Assembly: GCF_009914755.1 (NCBI RefSeq)
Contig: NC_060933.1
DNA length: 64,000 nt
Reading direction: 5' to 3' (one strand)
From: the human T2T-CHM13v2.0 reference genome, Homo sapiens
Shown here: positions 41,874-55,630 of the stretch, piece by piece
Layout of the letters: each line of letters begins with the position of its first letter
Numbering within the stretch: position 1 is the stretch's first letter
Position numbers and translations under genes: made by a program
Notes under the pieces: model-generated
What the model saw: only the letters and a program-made list of their open reading frames with translations
The model's database searches: none
What the model was told of the DNA's origin: nothing

Positions 41874-42700
41874 ATCCACTCCTCTCACTACTTAGAGCTA
41901 CTGCCTTGTATATATACAGAGAATAGCTTGACGTAATTCCAGTAGGCTTCTCTTCCTGAGAAAAACCTGGAAGAGAAAGATTTGTTGGTCAGATTACAGT
42001 CCCTGCCACTGCAGGTGGTCTTAGTGACAAATGTACGATTGTCTTCCTTCTCCACTATCTTTTCTAGACTTCCTTCCCTCCAGTTTACCACCTCTGCTGT
42101 TTTTTTTTCTTTTTCTTCTTCTTTTTTTTTTTGTTTTCGTTTTTTTTGTTTGTTTGTTTGATTCACTCTGTCACCCAGAGTGAATCACCCAGTGAATCAG
42201 AGTCTGATTCACTCTGTCACCCAGGCTGGAGTGCAGTGGCACAATCTCGGCTCACTGCAGCCTCCGCCACCCGGTTCAAGTGATTCTCCTGTCTCAGCCT
42301 CCTGAGTAGCTGGAATTACAGGCACTCACCACCACACCCCACTAATCTTTGTATTTTTAGTAGAGACAAGGTTCACTAGGTCGGCCAGGCTGGTCTTGAA
42401 GTCCTGGCCTCAAGTGATCCTCCTGCATCGGCCTCCCAATGTGCTGTTAATTTACAGGCATGAACCACTGTGCCTGGCCATTAGCTGGTTTTAATAGTTT
42501 ACCTGGTGCAGTGACCTAGACCCACATCCCAGAGCTCCTGGTCACCATGCCCATCTCAGGATGCACTTGTTTATTTACCATCAAAATTGGTCAAGGAAGT
42601 ATCAGAAAGCAACCAATAGATCAACTGGGTGCTAAACCAATTCTTCTCTGCCCCATTGTATAAGAGCAACACATCTCCTCCTGAGGATCATGACGCTAAC
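41874..42700 (-). mobile_element. ERVL internal sequence (ERV3-16A3-like), pol 3'/dUTPase-like remnant, split by an Alu
   Basis: Frameshifted minus-strand peptides DPQEE / LLLYNG / LILP*PILMVN near 42575-42690 resemble the ERVL post-integrase domain. Confidence 0.65.
42100..42479 (-). mobile_element. AluS element with a rearranged 3' end
   Basis: Antisense Alu body 42205-42479 with a long T-rich tail; see finding at 42159-42224. Confidence 0.93.
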
Positions 42701-42734
42701 TCCTCTCAAAGGAGATTATTCTCTAGCTCTAAGA

Positions 42735-43010
42735 CTTACTGTTGTTTTTCCTGTTGAGTTTTGGACTAATATGGGGCCCATTAATCCTTTTTTCTTGCCT
42801 ATTTCCCCCTTTTTGGAATGTGAATATCTATCCTATGCATGTTCCATCATTGTATTTTGGAAGTAGATAACTTGTTTAATTTCACAGGCTCACAGCTGGA
42901 GAGGAATTTGCCTTAGGATGAACTGTGCCTTGAGTCCCACCTGTATCTGTTTATTATAAATTAACCAGTCTATGGTATTCTGTTGTAGCAGCACAAAACT
43001 GACTAAGACA
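42735..43010 (+). mobile_element. MaLR internal fragment fused to an LTR 3' end (MST/MLT1A-like)
   Basis: tggaatgtgaatatctatcctatgc...ttgtattttggaagta... then ggtattctgttgtagcagcacaaaactgactaagaca. Confidence 0.75.
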
Positions 43011-43102
43011 ATAAGTTTAGTGTCTCTTCAGGGATGGGTATGCTCTGAAGGGCATTAGCATGTATCAGTTATCAAGTTATTGCCTTTTGGTTTCAAATCC
43101 AT

Positions 43103-44720
43103 TCTTTTTAAAATAAACTTTTATTTTAGAGAAGCTTTAGATGTACAGAATGATTGTGAAAGAAGTACAGAGAATTCCCATATACCCCTCACTCACTTTT
43201 CCCTATTATTAACATCTTACATTAGTATAGTACATTTGTCACAATCAATGAATCAATACTAATACATTATTATTAACTAAAGTCCATACTTTCTTCAGAC
43301 TTCACTGGTTTTTTGCTAATGTCCTTTTCTGTTCTAGGATCCTCTCCAGAATATCACATTGCATTTCATAGTCATGTCTCCTTAGGCTGTTTTTGTTGTG
43401 ACAGTTACTCAGACTTTCCTTGTTTTTGCTGACTTTGACCGTTTTGAGGAGTCCTTGTGCATTATTGTGTATAATGTTCCTCAACTGGGGTTTGTCTGAA
43501 GTTTGTATCATGCTTAAACTAAGATAATGTGCCTTGAGGAGGAAGACCACAGGGATAAAGAGTCACTCTCGTCACGTATTTTAAAGGGTACATTCTAGTA
43601 ACATGAACTTAACACTGTTGACGTTAGCTTTGATGACCTGGCTTGAAGTGGATATTTGCCAGGTTTCTCTACTGTTAATTACTCTTTTTTATTCTTCTCT
43701 TTTCATGTTCTGCCTCCTTGAGGGTGCAGTTTTAACATAAATTATTTAGAATTCTTCTGCATGGGAGATTTGACTCTTCTATATATTAATGTATTTAATC
43801 ATTTATTTATATCAGTAGGAACTCATGGATATTTATTTTATACTTTGGGTAATAATCCAATAGTATTTGATTTATTTTGCCATTCATAGCATTCTAGCTC
43901 TGGCCATTTGGAGCTCTTTCAGTTGGCATCTGGATCCCTTTGACATACCCCCATCATTGTGGAGTTCCTTTGTTTGAGCACTTTCTGCCTTTCAGGTACT
44001 ATGCATGCTCTAGGCCTAGAATTAACCATCTTTTCAAAAAGGCTTGCTTCCTTTTGTTGGAGAATGGTGTTAGAAACCATGATCTGAGTGCTAGGTGTAC
44101 TTGCAGCAATCTGAGTCATTGTTTCTCGGTCCTCTTAGCTAACAGAACAAGGAAATATATGTGTGTATATTAACTAGTATATATACATGTATCTATAAAT
44201 ATCTCTCTATCTATAACCATCTGCTTCTACATTAAGCCAAACATGAGTTCATACTGATGTCTCCAACTCTAATATGTTGCCACAAGGAACATTCCAGCTT
44301 TCTCCCTTTGCTTATCTGTAACCTCTCTAACTACAACAGGGAAAAATCGGGCTCCCATCATCCATTCACTTGATTGTTCTACTCCAGCATTCATATATAA
44401 TGGTTTCAGAACAGTTAACCCATATACTAATGGAAAAAAATTTCATCTAGAGTACAAATCTTTTCTTTAATTTTTATTTTTTAAATATATTTTTAATTTC
44501 AATAGCTTTGGGGATACAAGTGGATTTTGGTTACATAGATGAATATGCACATTGTACATTGTGCCCAATATGTAATTTTTTATCACTTAGCTTGCTCCCA
44601 TCCTCCCCCTTTCTGAGTATCCAAAGTTTATTATACCACCAACTACAGTAAAATTCCTATGGATAGTACATTTTGCCTTTAGTCTTATAGATACCACTCA
44701 TTTCCAAAGTGACTTAGATT
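43103..44720 (-). mobile_element. L1MC-type 3' region, with a younger L1MA/PB-type 3' piece at ~44465-44640
   Basis: agtacagagaattcccatatacccc...ttattaactaaagtccatact; ttttaatttcaatagctttggggatacaagtgg. Confidence 0.8.
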
Positions 44721-44961
44721 CCATTCTTCTTTATCCTGTTTGTGATAGTAGAGTTGGACCCTATACCTTTTTTTTTTTCAGCTGACATGATATTAAGCTT
44801 TTTCAGTAGAGAGTACTAGAAGGACACTGGAGGGATGCTGAAAGAGAAGGGCTTCTCTTCCTGGTTCTGGTATGCTCTTCCCTACTTGCTCCTATCACAT
44901 CATGGCAGCCAGCAGCATGTGGAATGTCCAGTGATGCTCACCCTTCCATCAAGTTCAGCCA

Positions 44962-46340
44962 ACAGGGCCAGGCTCATGGGCACTCCAGTGCGATAACACA
45001 GGACCCCACTCTCAGAAAGGGCCTCGGGCTTGGTTCAATGCTCTGTGGAATTCAATGCTGTCTTGAAATCCTTAATCATTTTATAATTTTGTACCTAGGC
45101 CTTATAAGTAAAGTTTAATGGGGCAATAGAGCATGCATTGAGCAGAGGACATAACCAGATGATAGTAAACATGTGGTCTCAGGTCTGCAGGTACAGCAGA
45201 CAGTGGTAGCTTGAGTGCTAAGCAGTTGGCCTGGCCATCAGGTACACACAGGCATACATGGGCAGTCTGGAACTCTGCAGACCCCAAGAGCATGGCCTTT
45301 GCTGGGACAGCAGCAACAGCAGCAGAAACAGCAGAGGTAACAGCTGCAGCCCTGAAAGAGAAGGAATACTCCTCATAGATGCAATGCTGGGACCTGTGTT
45401 GAGAGGCCAGTTTGCCCACCAACCCCAGAGCCTATCACTGTGGCATCAGCATAAATATTAACTCTCTGGCCTGAGCACCAAGACAGGAATTTTATATGGT
45501 CAGCCAATAAACTTTTTCTTCAATTCATTTTATAGTTAATAAAAGCATTAACATGGACATTTCCATAAAGCAATTGAGCAGTTACTCGAATTCTTTAAAG
45601 AGTTTGGAATGTCTGGTTTTGAAACCTACTGCAAGATTGAAAAGCAAATACCAACAGCCTTGAAAATAGAAATTAAATTTAAAGATTAGTGCATTCAATG
45701 GGAGCCCAGTATTTCCATGTGAACTTTCCAATGAACCAATTGTCAACAATAAAGGCAATTTTTAAATTGATGTCTTCTCGTCATCGGAGATACAGCAATA
45801 GAATACATAACAGGCATTTTGAATTATATGCAAATCATGAAGTTATTTTTGGTTTCTTATACAAACTCCAGAAATTACAGGAAATGTCAGAGGAAGCATT
45901 AAAATCCCATTACATAAATTTACATTTAACACTAAGAGAAACAAATATTATTTATGTAAGGAGTTAAATCTTTTTAGGAAAAGATTTAGAATTATGCTTG
46001 AGATGTACTAAAGTTTATATTATAAAATAATGCCAGGAATTTATCTTGATTTTATCACAATCTATAACATACTCTTAACAGCTCCATTAACAGTTGCAAC
46101 AGAAGAAAGATCTTTCTGAAAATTAAAAAATTATTTATTAATTTACTTTGCTAAATGCAATTGACATTACACTCAATTATAACATTAAAAATAAATTTGA
46201 TAAGTTTGTATAGATTTGCAGAAAAAGGAGTCAGAAAAATCTCATGATCAATCAAGATATAACATTAATAAAGTATTATTTATTGTATTACATAAAATTA
46301 TGACACCAAGAATATTAATTTTTAAAATTTGTAAGTTTGC
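44962..46340 (+). mobile_element. hAT-Tip100 (Zaphod/MER91-like) transposon fossil with transposase C-terminus
   Basis: Terminal cagggcc... and the peptide YNILLTAPLTVATEERSF*KLKNYL at ~46063-46137, matching the hAT dimerisation motif. Confidence 0.75.
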
Positions 46341-46408
46341 TCTTTGGGTAGATTCTTCATGTTTACTGGAGCTCAGTAGCAAGCCAGGAGTGGATGCTCT
46401 TGGTCTAG

Positions 46409-46742
<334 letters not shown>

Positions 46743-47049
46743 TCCACATGGCCTTTCTTCCCAGAACTTTACCTGTAATACCACAGGGTCTCTCAGGATT
46801 TATGACCCAAATATCAGGGCTGTTTGCACTGCACCATAGAGCTTCCGCAAAGTCCTTTCCTGATATGGGTATTTGAAGTTGACAGGCCTTCAGGTTACCC
46901 AGAGCAGCAGTAGACCCTAGGGTAGCCCCAATATTTGCACTCTGTTTAATCTTTTCCGCTTCAGTGTGATCAGGACCTATGACTTGCCTCTAAAACCAAT
47001 AGATTACAGAAAATGTGGTGAGATGTAATTTCTTATCATTCATCTTTGA

Positions 47050-47349
<300 letters not shown>

Positions 47350-47359
47350 CATCTTTGAT

Positions 47360-48432
<1,073 letters not shown>

Positions 48433-48834
48433 ATTATAGAGATCAGCATGCAGGCTATTTACAAGGACGTGTTTGGGGCCAACGGCTGGGGAAGGGAAGA
48501 TAAAGAAGCAATTTGGTCAGAGGGTGAGGTCAAGCTACCTACAGGCCCCGAAACAGTCTCAGCCAATCCCAACAGAAACTTGAAGCTGTGGTGGCTTTTC
48601 ATGGTTGCCTTGAGTTGGCCTGAGGTTGTCAGGCTTTTATATTGCCACCAATTTTATATTAGTCAGACATGAATGTGGACCACCACAGGCAGAGATATGA
48701 CTTTGGGTGACCTCAGATGAGGACCACCTACATGAAGGTGCTGCCAGCTATCTGTCCTCAGTGTTCCCAGCAAGTAGGGCAAGAATTCTTTCATTGAAAG
48801 GATACTTGTGTTACATAACACAATATCCATCACA
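48433..48834 (-). mobile_element. LTR16-like ERVL LTR (5' LTR)
   Basis: Colinear similarity to 41434-41873 (gaagca..ttggtca; acagtctca; tgaaggtgctg; tcca.caca end). Confidence 0.7.
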
Positions 48835-48916
48835 GTAATTAGTGAATTTCATTTCTCTCCTTCTGTCATCTGAAAAAACAGATATAGTAAGAGAAATATA
48901 CACAGCTCCTACTTGA

Positions 48917-49429
<513 letters not shown>

Positions 49430-51069
49430 CTCTCTTCCCATATTCTAAGAAAAAAAAGTAGTTATAAAACTTAGTACATGTAGTAATCAAAGGCAAAGTG
49501 TCCCAGCAAAGTTCTTGATGCTGAAGACCATTTTCCCCAGGAAAGGAAGCCTAAAAGCTAAAATAATAGCCAGATTAGGATGCTTACAATCTGTTTTAGA
49601 AATATCCTCAAAGAAAACCTAAAGGGATAAGACAATTAAAGTGCCCCCCTGCACACAAGTTGAAGTTGGGTGGTGGGTGGGGGTCAGGATTTTGTCTCCT
49701 AAACCAAGAAATGTGAGTATGCACAGAATGTAGACTCTGAGGTATCCCTCCTGTATGCGTGTTCACATCCAGAGGGACTGTGGCACCAGCTAGTGAAGAT
49801 ATGGACACTGCCCACCTTCAAAGGAGATGGGAAGACATTGGGAAGGAGTGAATTTGTTCCAGCTCACTGCTGCTGCAAAAATATGCCCAGCTCTTATGAG
49901 TTACTGTGTTTATTTTGTGTGTCCTGCTCCAATTTCATTATGATTTTTGTTTTTCTCATTATCTGTCTAAAATTCTGTGATTTGAGGCAGACACTCAGCC
50001 TCTGAGAGACAGAGGTTTGCTCTTAAGATAGGGAGGCCCCCAAGACTTTGATTCCCTGTTTGTTTATTTTCCTCGGGTGAGCAGATATGAAAAATACCTG
50101 CCACCATGAGTCAGAAGTTAGAGCCAGGACAGCAGGTCAGATGGCAGAAACACAGGCAGAGGGAGGAGAGTGTGAGGTATGTAAAGTTATAGTCCCTTTT
50201 TCTGTTTACTCTTTTTATAAATTTCAACCTTTTAACACTTAAACTTTCCCCAGCATTCTTATTTCTGTGACTAACTCTTTACTTGCCCTTAGTTTACTCA
50301 TACATATGGTAAATGACTGCTGAAGGTCGACCAGATGTTTGACTTCACTTACTCTCTCTTTGGGAAAACAATTGAATGAAATCCCAGCTACTCATTCTCC
50401 TGCAGGCAGGGGTATGCAGTGATCTCTTCTGAAAATGAAAAGATGAACATGCTTATTGTGTGGCTGGAGGCTCTGGAAGCATAAAGACACTTTCTGCTCC
50501 ACCATGTTGAGAACATAAGGAATTAATTGTACACCTTGCTGAGGGGTAAAAAGGCACATTGTATATTCCAAGTATCAAGATCCTTCTTTTAGGATTAGAA
50601 TATGTAGCTGACATGGAGAAAATACTTTCAAGATGTTGTGGAAAAAAATAATCCTCAAGACTCCAGCTCTTTACAACCTGATATTATTCATCACCTGCAT
50701 AGTTTCATATCTCTGTGGGGTAGGAGTGTTTATTGTTTCTCAGAGACCATAACCCAGATATCCCTTCCAATCCATAATCAAACATGAGTTCTCCTGAAAG
50801 ATACAGAAATAACGCAGGGGAGAAGACATGCGAACTCTTCCCAAGAGTTTCAAAACACTTCCAGATATGAGAGCATTCAAGAACAATTTCCTCCTTGGAG
50901 ATTTCCAGGCTTCTATCAGAAGGACAGGCACATGGCTTTGCATTTCATATTCACACTGGATCCCAGTGTGAGTCAAGCACATAGTCTGGCCTTCTCTGCC
51001 CGTGTGTGCAGAGGCATTCAGACAAACCATGGGGAAGGACCATGTAGAGGAACGGACAGGACATCTGCA

Positions 51070-51220
51070 GTCACAGTGGGTTCCTACCCCTGCCTGACTC
51101 TTACCTAGTTGTGTGCTCTCTCTGAGCCTCAGTTTCCTCCTTTGTAAAATGGGGTTGGCAATTCCAAATGGCTATTCTGATCATTAAATGAGAATAATGG
51201 TGACAAATTCCCTGCACAAC
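51070..51220 (+). mobile_element. MIR
   Basis: ctctctgagcctcagtttcctcctttgtaaaatgggg core. Confidence 0.85.
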
Positions 51221-51479
51221 AGAGACACTTAATAAATACATGAGTAGTTAGATCCATAAGGGCAGCACTCTTGTTGATCCTCAGCACTTTCCTCAGTGCC
51301 TGGTATAGAGTAGATGCTCAAAAATATATGTGGGATAAATGATTCATATTCTTTCCAATTTCCCATCACAGTCACTCTATGAACTAGGTAAGTGCCCCAT
51401 TTCCTGTCAAAGAAGGACTGCATTGACCTATCAGGAGAAGCTATAGTGGAGCCTCAGTTTCTAGATTTATGTATTCTTA

Positions 51480-52150
51480 TTCCATTTGTGGAAATATAAA
51501 TGGACACAATCACTTTGTAGAACAATTTGGAAAACAAGTCTAGCAAAGTTGAACATGTGCGTACACCTTGAGCCTCAGCACTTCCATTTCTAGGGAAATA
51601 TACAAAGAATGTACAAAGTATATACAAACTATACAAAGTATGTACAAAGAATACACCTTTGTATATAAAGCTACGTTTACAAAAATATTCGTGTTAGTAG
51701 TAGCAAACACTGAAAAAACAACCTACATATGAAGTAACTGGAGAATATACATACTCTGAATATTCTCAATGTGATATTTTACAAAAGAAAATTAATAAAA
51801 AAGAACTTTAGATGCCAGCATGTATTATTCTCATGTGAATAATTTTGAGCAAAAAATTCATTTATAAAAGAATATACATATGGTTGTATACATATAGTTT
51901 AAAACATGCATAACAGTCATATATATTGCTTAGGGATACAAACATAAATAATTGAAGTCTGAAAAATGCAAGGAAGAATGAGCACTATATTCAGAATCAT
52001 GGTTACCTCTGAGATGAGGAAGGGGGGTAATTAGGCAAGAAGATGCAGGGAAGTCTAACAGAGGGAAGTCTTGGTAACATGTGGTGTGTTAGGAAGGTGG
52101 TGGGAAACACAAAGGTATTTATGTGGATTTTATTTAATATATATTAAAAA
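51480..52150 (+). mobile_element. Old L1ME-type 3' fragment
   Basis: caatcactttgtagaacaatttgg...cttccatttctagggaaatat...attcagaatcatggttacctct. Confidence 0.7.
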
Positions 52151-52224
52151 TAAAAAATACATGTATGAAAAGAATCTTCTCATCCTTTCTCCTCTGCTAA
52201 GAGTTAGAGGAATCCTACAGAGTT

Positions 52225-52375
52225 TGCCCACCTCTCCATTCTAAAGATAGATAACCCAAGGCCCAAAGGACTGAATAATTCACTTAAAGCTACACTGTCA
52301 GATAGTGAAAGAACTGAGATTAGAATCCAGATTTTCCAGGTCCTGGGCCAGAGGTTTTCACACTGCTCTTTTAAA
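52225..52375 (-). mobile_element. MIR
   Basis: ctccattctaaagatagataacccaaggccca...gaactgagattagaatccagat. Confidence 0.65.
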
Positions 52376-55288
52376 CTGCATTTGGTCCAGTTCCCTTTTC
52401 CTCCTTATAGGAAGGAAACTGAACATAGGTGTGAGCAGAGGCATCAGAAGGGTTCAGGCATCACAGGTGAACCACACAGGAGGCACAGAGAAAGGATGCC
52501 CTGAAGCCAGGCAGACAGAATGTTTTTGAGTCATTGTTTAAGCAGTTTCTCTAAAGCCTCCACTTTTCTTGCCTTAGAAAGATTGTGAGGTATTCCTAGA
52601 AAAGATCATGTGGACTTGCTTAAATTTTTACCCCTGATCTCTGGAAAACTAGGACCAAAAATGCTAAATCTGGGTTTCACCATCAAAACATTCAGACTTC
52701 TGGGGACTTTTAAGTTTATGTCCTCAAAACTCTCAAAGTAGGAGAATTCACAGTTAAAGGTTTCAGTTTCAGGAGTTCATGAAAATAGCAACATGTGGCA
52801 AAAAGTTTGTGAATAAAGAAATGAAGCCCCCACGTGTAACTCTCATGTACAAAATGTAAGAAAAAAATGGCACTCAAAGTAAAAGAAATGTCAATACCAC
52901 TTTACCTATCTTATTAAATACTCATATATACTCGACAATGAATTTCCACCCTACACTTTTAAATTCTTCCTCCCACTAAGTTTCAAGCAGATCAGGTCAA
53001 TTCAGTTGCTTTGTTACTGATGACAAGTTCACAGGGCTATTTGTGGCTATTCCTCCTTTTGTATGTGACAAGGTCTTGCTGGTTTTTTAACCCAACATTT
53101 TGAATGCACACTTTTCTGTCCTATGTTTACTCTAGAGAGACAGTTACTTGGCTGCTTGAGATACAAAAAGTTGGGAGATCCCCTATTGCGTCAATCCTCC
53201 CTCTATCTAGGGGACTTTCTGAACCTACTTCCCGAATCCATGAGGTATATAGATGTGGCTCTGTCATGGCCACACTGTTCCACAGCTCAGGGCACCTTCT
53301 TGACCCGGCTCCATACTCCTAATCCTCCCTTAACCACAAAGAGGATTCAGCCCAAGGCCGGGTCACCTGACTCCATTTTCCCTTATTTCGCCTCATACTC
53401 TTGCTAAAAATTTCTACATCATTTCGACGTGGTCTTTCTGAAAGCCTTTATGTCACTTTGCTATTTCCTCCTTTAACAAGTATTCCCAGGTGGATCAATG
53501 CCCACTTGGAGTTTCTTCAGAAAACTTTTCTAGAAAAGATTCATTTCTGTTAGGATTTTGCTCAAGAAAATTTTACAGGTGGGGCCTATTTACTGGGTCT
53601 ACTTCTCAGTCCACAGCATGTCTACCAAGCCACATAAATGTGACCACACCTTCAAGGGCCACCATATGCCTGTGGATGGAACAATGGATGAGGGAGCTCT
53701 GGCATTATTTTTCAACCTCAAGTGGAATTCATACCTTTCCCCCTTCTTGTTCTTTTTAAGCTGGGGGTCATGCTAGTTGCACCTTGTTTCTTTGCTACAA
53801 TACATTGATGTGTCTTGCTTCCTTTCAACATTTGTATAGATCTTTGAGGAGAAGAGCATGTCATGTTGTAAGAGAGGATGAGGCAGAACTTGTGAATCTG
53901 AGTGAAGCCCACCAGGTTGCACAGGGAGGTGGGCAGCATGGGAGGGCAGGACCTCTGGTGCCATGGGCAGTACTTATGGTTGAGATACATCAATGCCTTT
54001 CCAAGAAGGGAAAGCAAGATGAGGGAAAGGCATTCAGATCTGCTCTCTTTGCATTTCCACATGCACAACTCTGACCCCAGTGGTGGAGCAAGGCCAGGCT
54101 TACCTGGAGCAAGGCCTAGATGATGGCCATTGGATGGAACTTCACGTCCACCAGAGGCCTCAACCATCATTTCGATGTCATCCCTGGACAAAGTTATACA
54201 GAGTCCCAAAGAAGCACAAGGGAGATTGAAAGGAGACACTCATCATACAACTCTGATCTTAAATTTTGTTCTCAGACTTCATATTTCTTTCTGTGATAAA
54301 TCAATACTTTCGATAAATTATTAAAAGTTTTTCTGAATAGCATAATTGCCTGATCACATTATAACTTCTATTTATGAATTAAATATGTAAAATACACTTC
54401 CATTTTTATAATCCCGTTTTTTCCTATTTCTTCATTATTAAATATACCTTAGATATATACAGTTTACATGTTTCAAACATACTTAAATTTTATTGAAATA
54501 TACCTGTATTCTAAACATGGGTCCTGACAGATGTGCCCTGGTTTCTTTCTCGCTGTCAGAATGGCTGAACATGCTGAAGGACAGGCGAGAGGCAACTGGG
54601 TATTCTGGGTTCTACCTTTTAGTTTTGAATTTTTCTTCCAAGAGGTTAAAATATAAGATTGCAGAACTCACAAAAATGAGTCAGTGGTGGTGATTCTTTG
54701 GTTTTCTGAACATAATCACATTTACTTCATTTGCTTTTTAACAGCAATAAAGAAGACACAACATAAATCATAAAAGTTGGCCTGGGCCTTGCTGGCAGAA
54801 AACACAGAACCTAAGAAAAATGGTCCATCACAAATAAGAAAAACACCAAAGACCAAACAGCAGCACTGGAAAAAAAGAAAGGGGCAGGGGAAGGAAGGAG
54901 GGGGAGAGGAAAGAAGGAAGGAAGGAGGGAACGAAGGGAGGGAGGAGTTCTTGCATTGCCTTGAACATGACTAGTCTCCTGTTTGCTAGAGGCATAAACT
55001 TGCCTTGATTCTAGGTGAGAGCCTTGCCAGACATCACCTTAGGAAGAGGATGAGGAGGAGGAAAGTTAAATTTTAAATTCACAGTTTGGCGACCCCAAAG
55101 AGACTGTGCTAAACTTGGGAGGGCAAGTGCCTCATTCACAGGAAGCAACTGAGGTATCGAAAAATCCATTAATTGGCAAGTTTAAGTTCCTTGCTCTCTG
55201 GAGGTTTGAGGATTCAGAAGTATTGAATTGTTCAATTGCTTACAGGAATTATGCATACCTCAGTAACAATACTTAAAAGTTCACCCTT

Positions 55289-55630
55289 GGCCAGATATGG
55301 TGGCTCATGCCTGTAATCTCAGCACTTTGGGAAGCCAAAAGCAGAGGGATCAAGTAAGACCAGGAGTTCAAGACCAGCCTGGGCAACATTAGTGAGACCG
55401 TTGTCTCTTTAAAAAAAAAAAAATCAAAAAATGAATTGAGCACAGTGGTGCATGCCTGTAGTTCTAGCTACTTGGGAGGCTGAGGCAAGAGGATCACTTG
55501 AGTCCAGAAGTTCGAGGTTGCAGTAAGGAGCTATGATTGTACTACTGCACTCTAGCCTGGGCAACAGAGCAAAACCCTGTCCTTCTCTATTATTATTATT
55601 AAAATAATAATAATAATAATAATAATAAAA
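55289..55630 (+). mobile_element. AluJ with (AAT)n tail
   Basis: gaggatcacttgagtccagaagttcgagg...gagctatgatt; degenerate TSD taaaa..tt.accct. Confidence 0.92.

Noticed and set aside
53718-54239. 173-aa minus-strand ORF
   Set aside because: No recognisable family; overlapping ORFs in several frames suggest local stop-codon scarcity.
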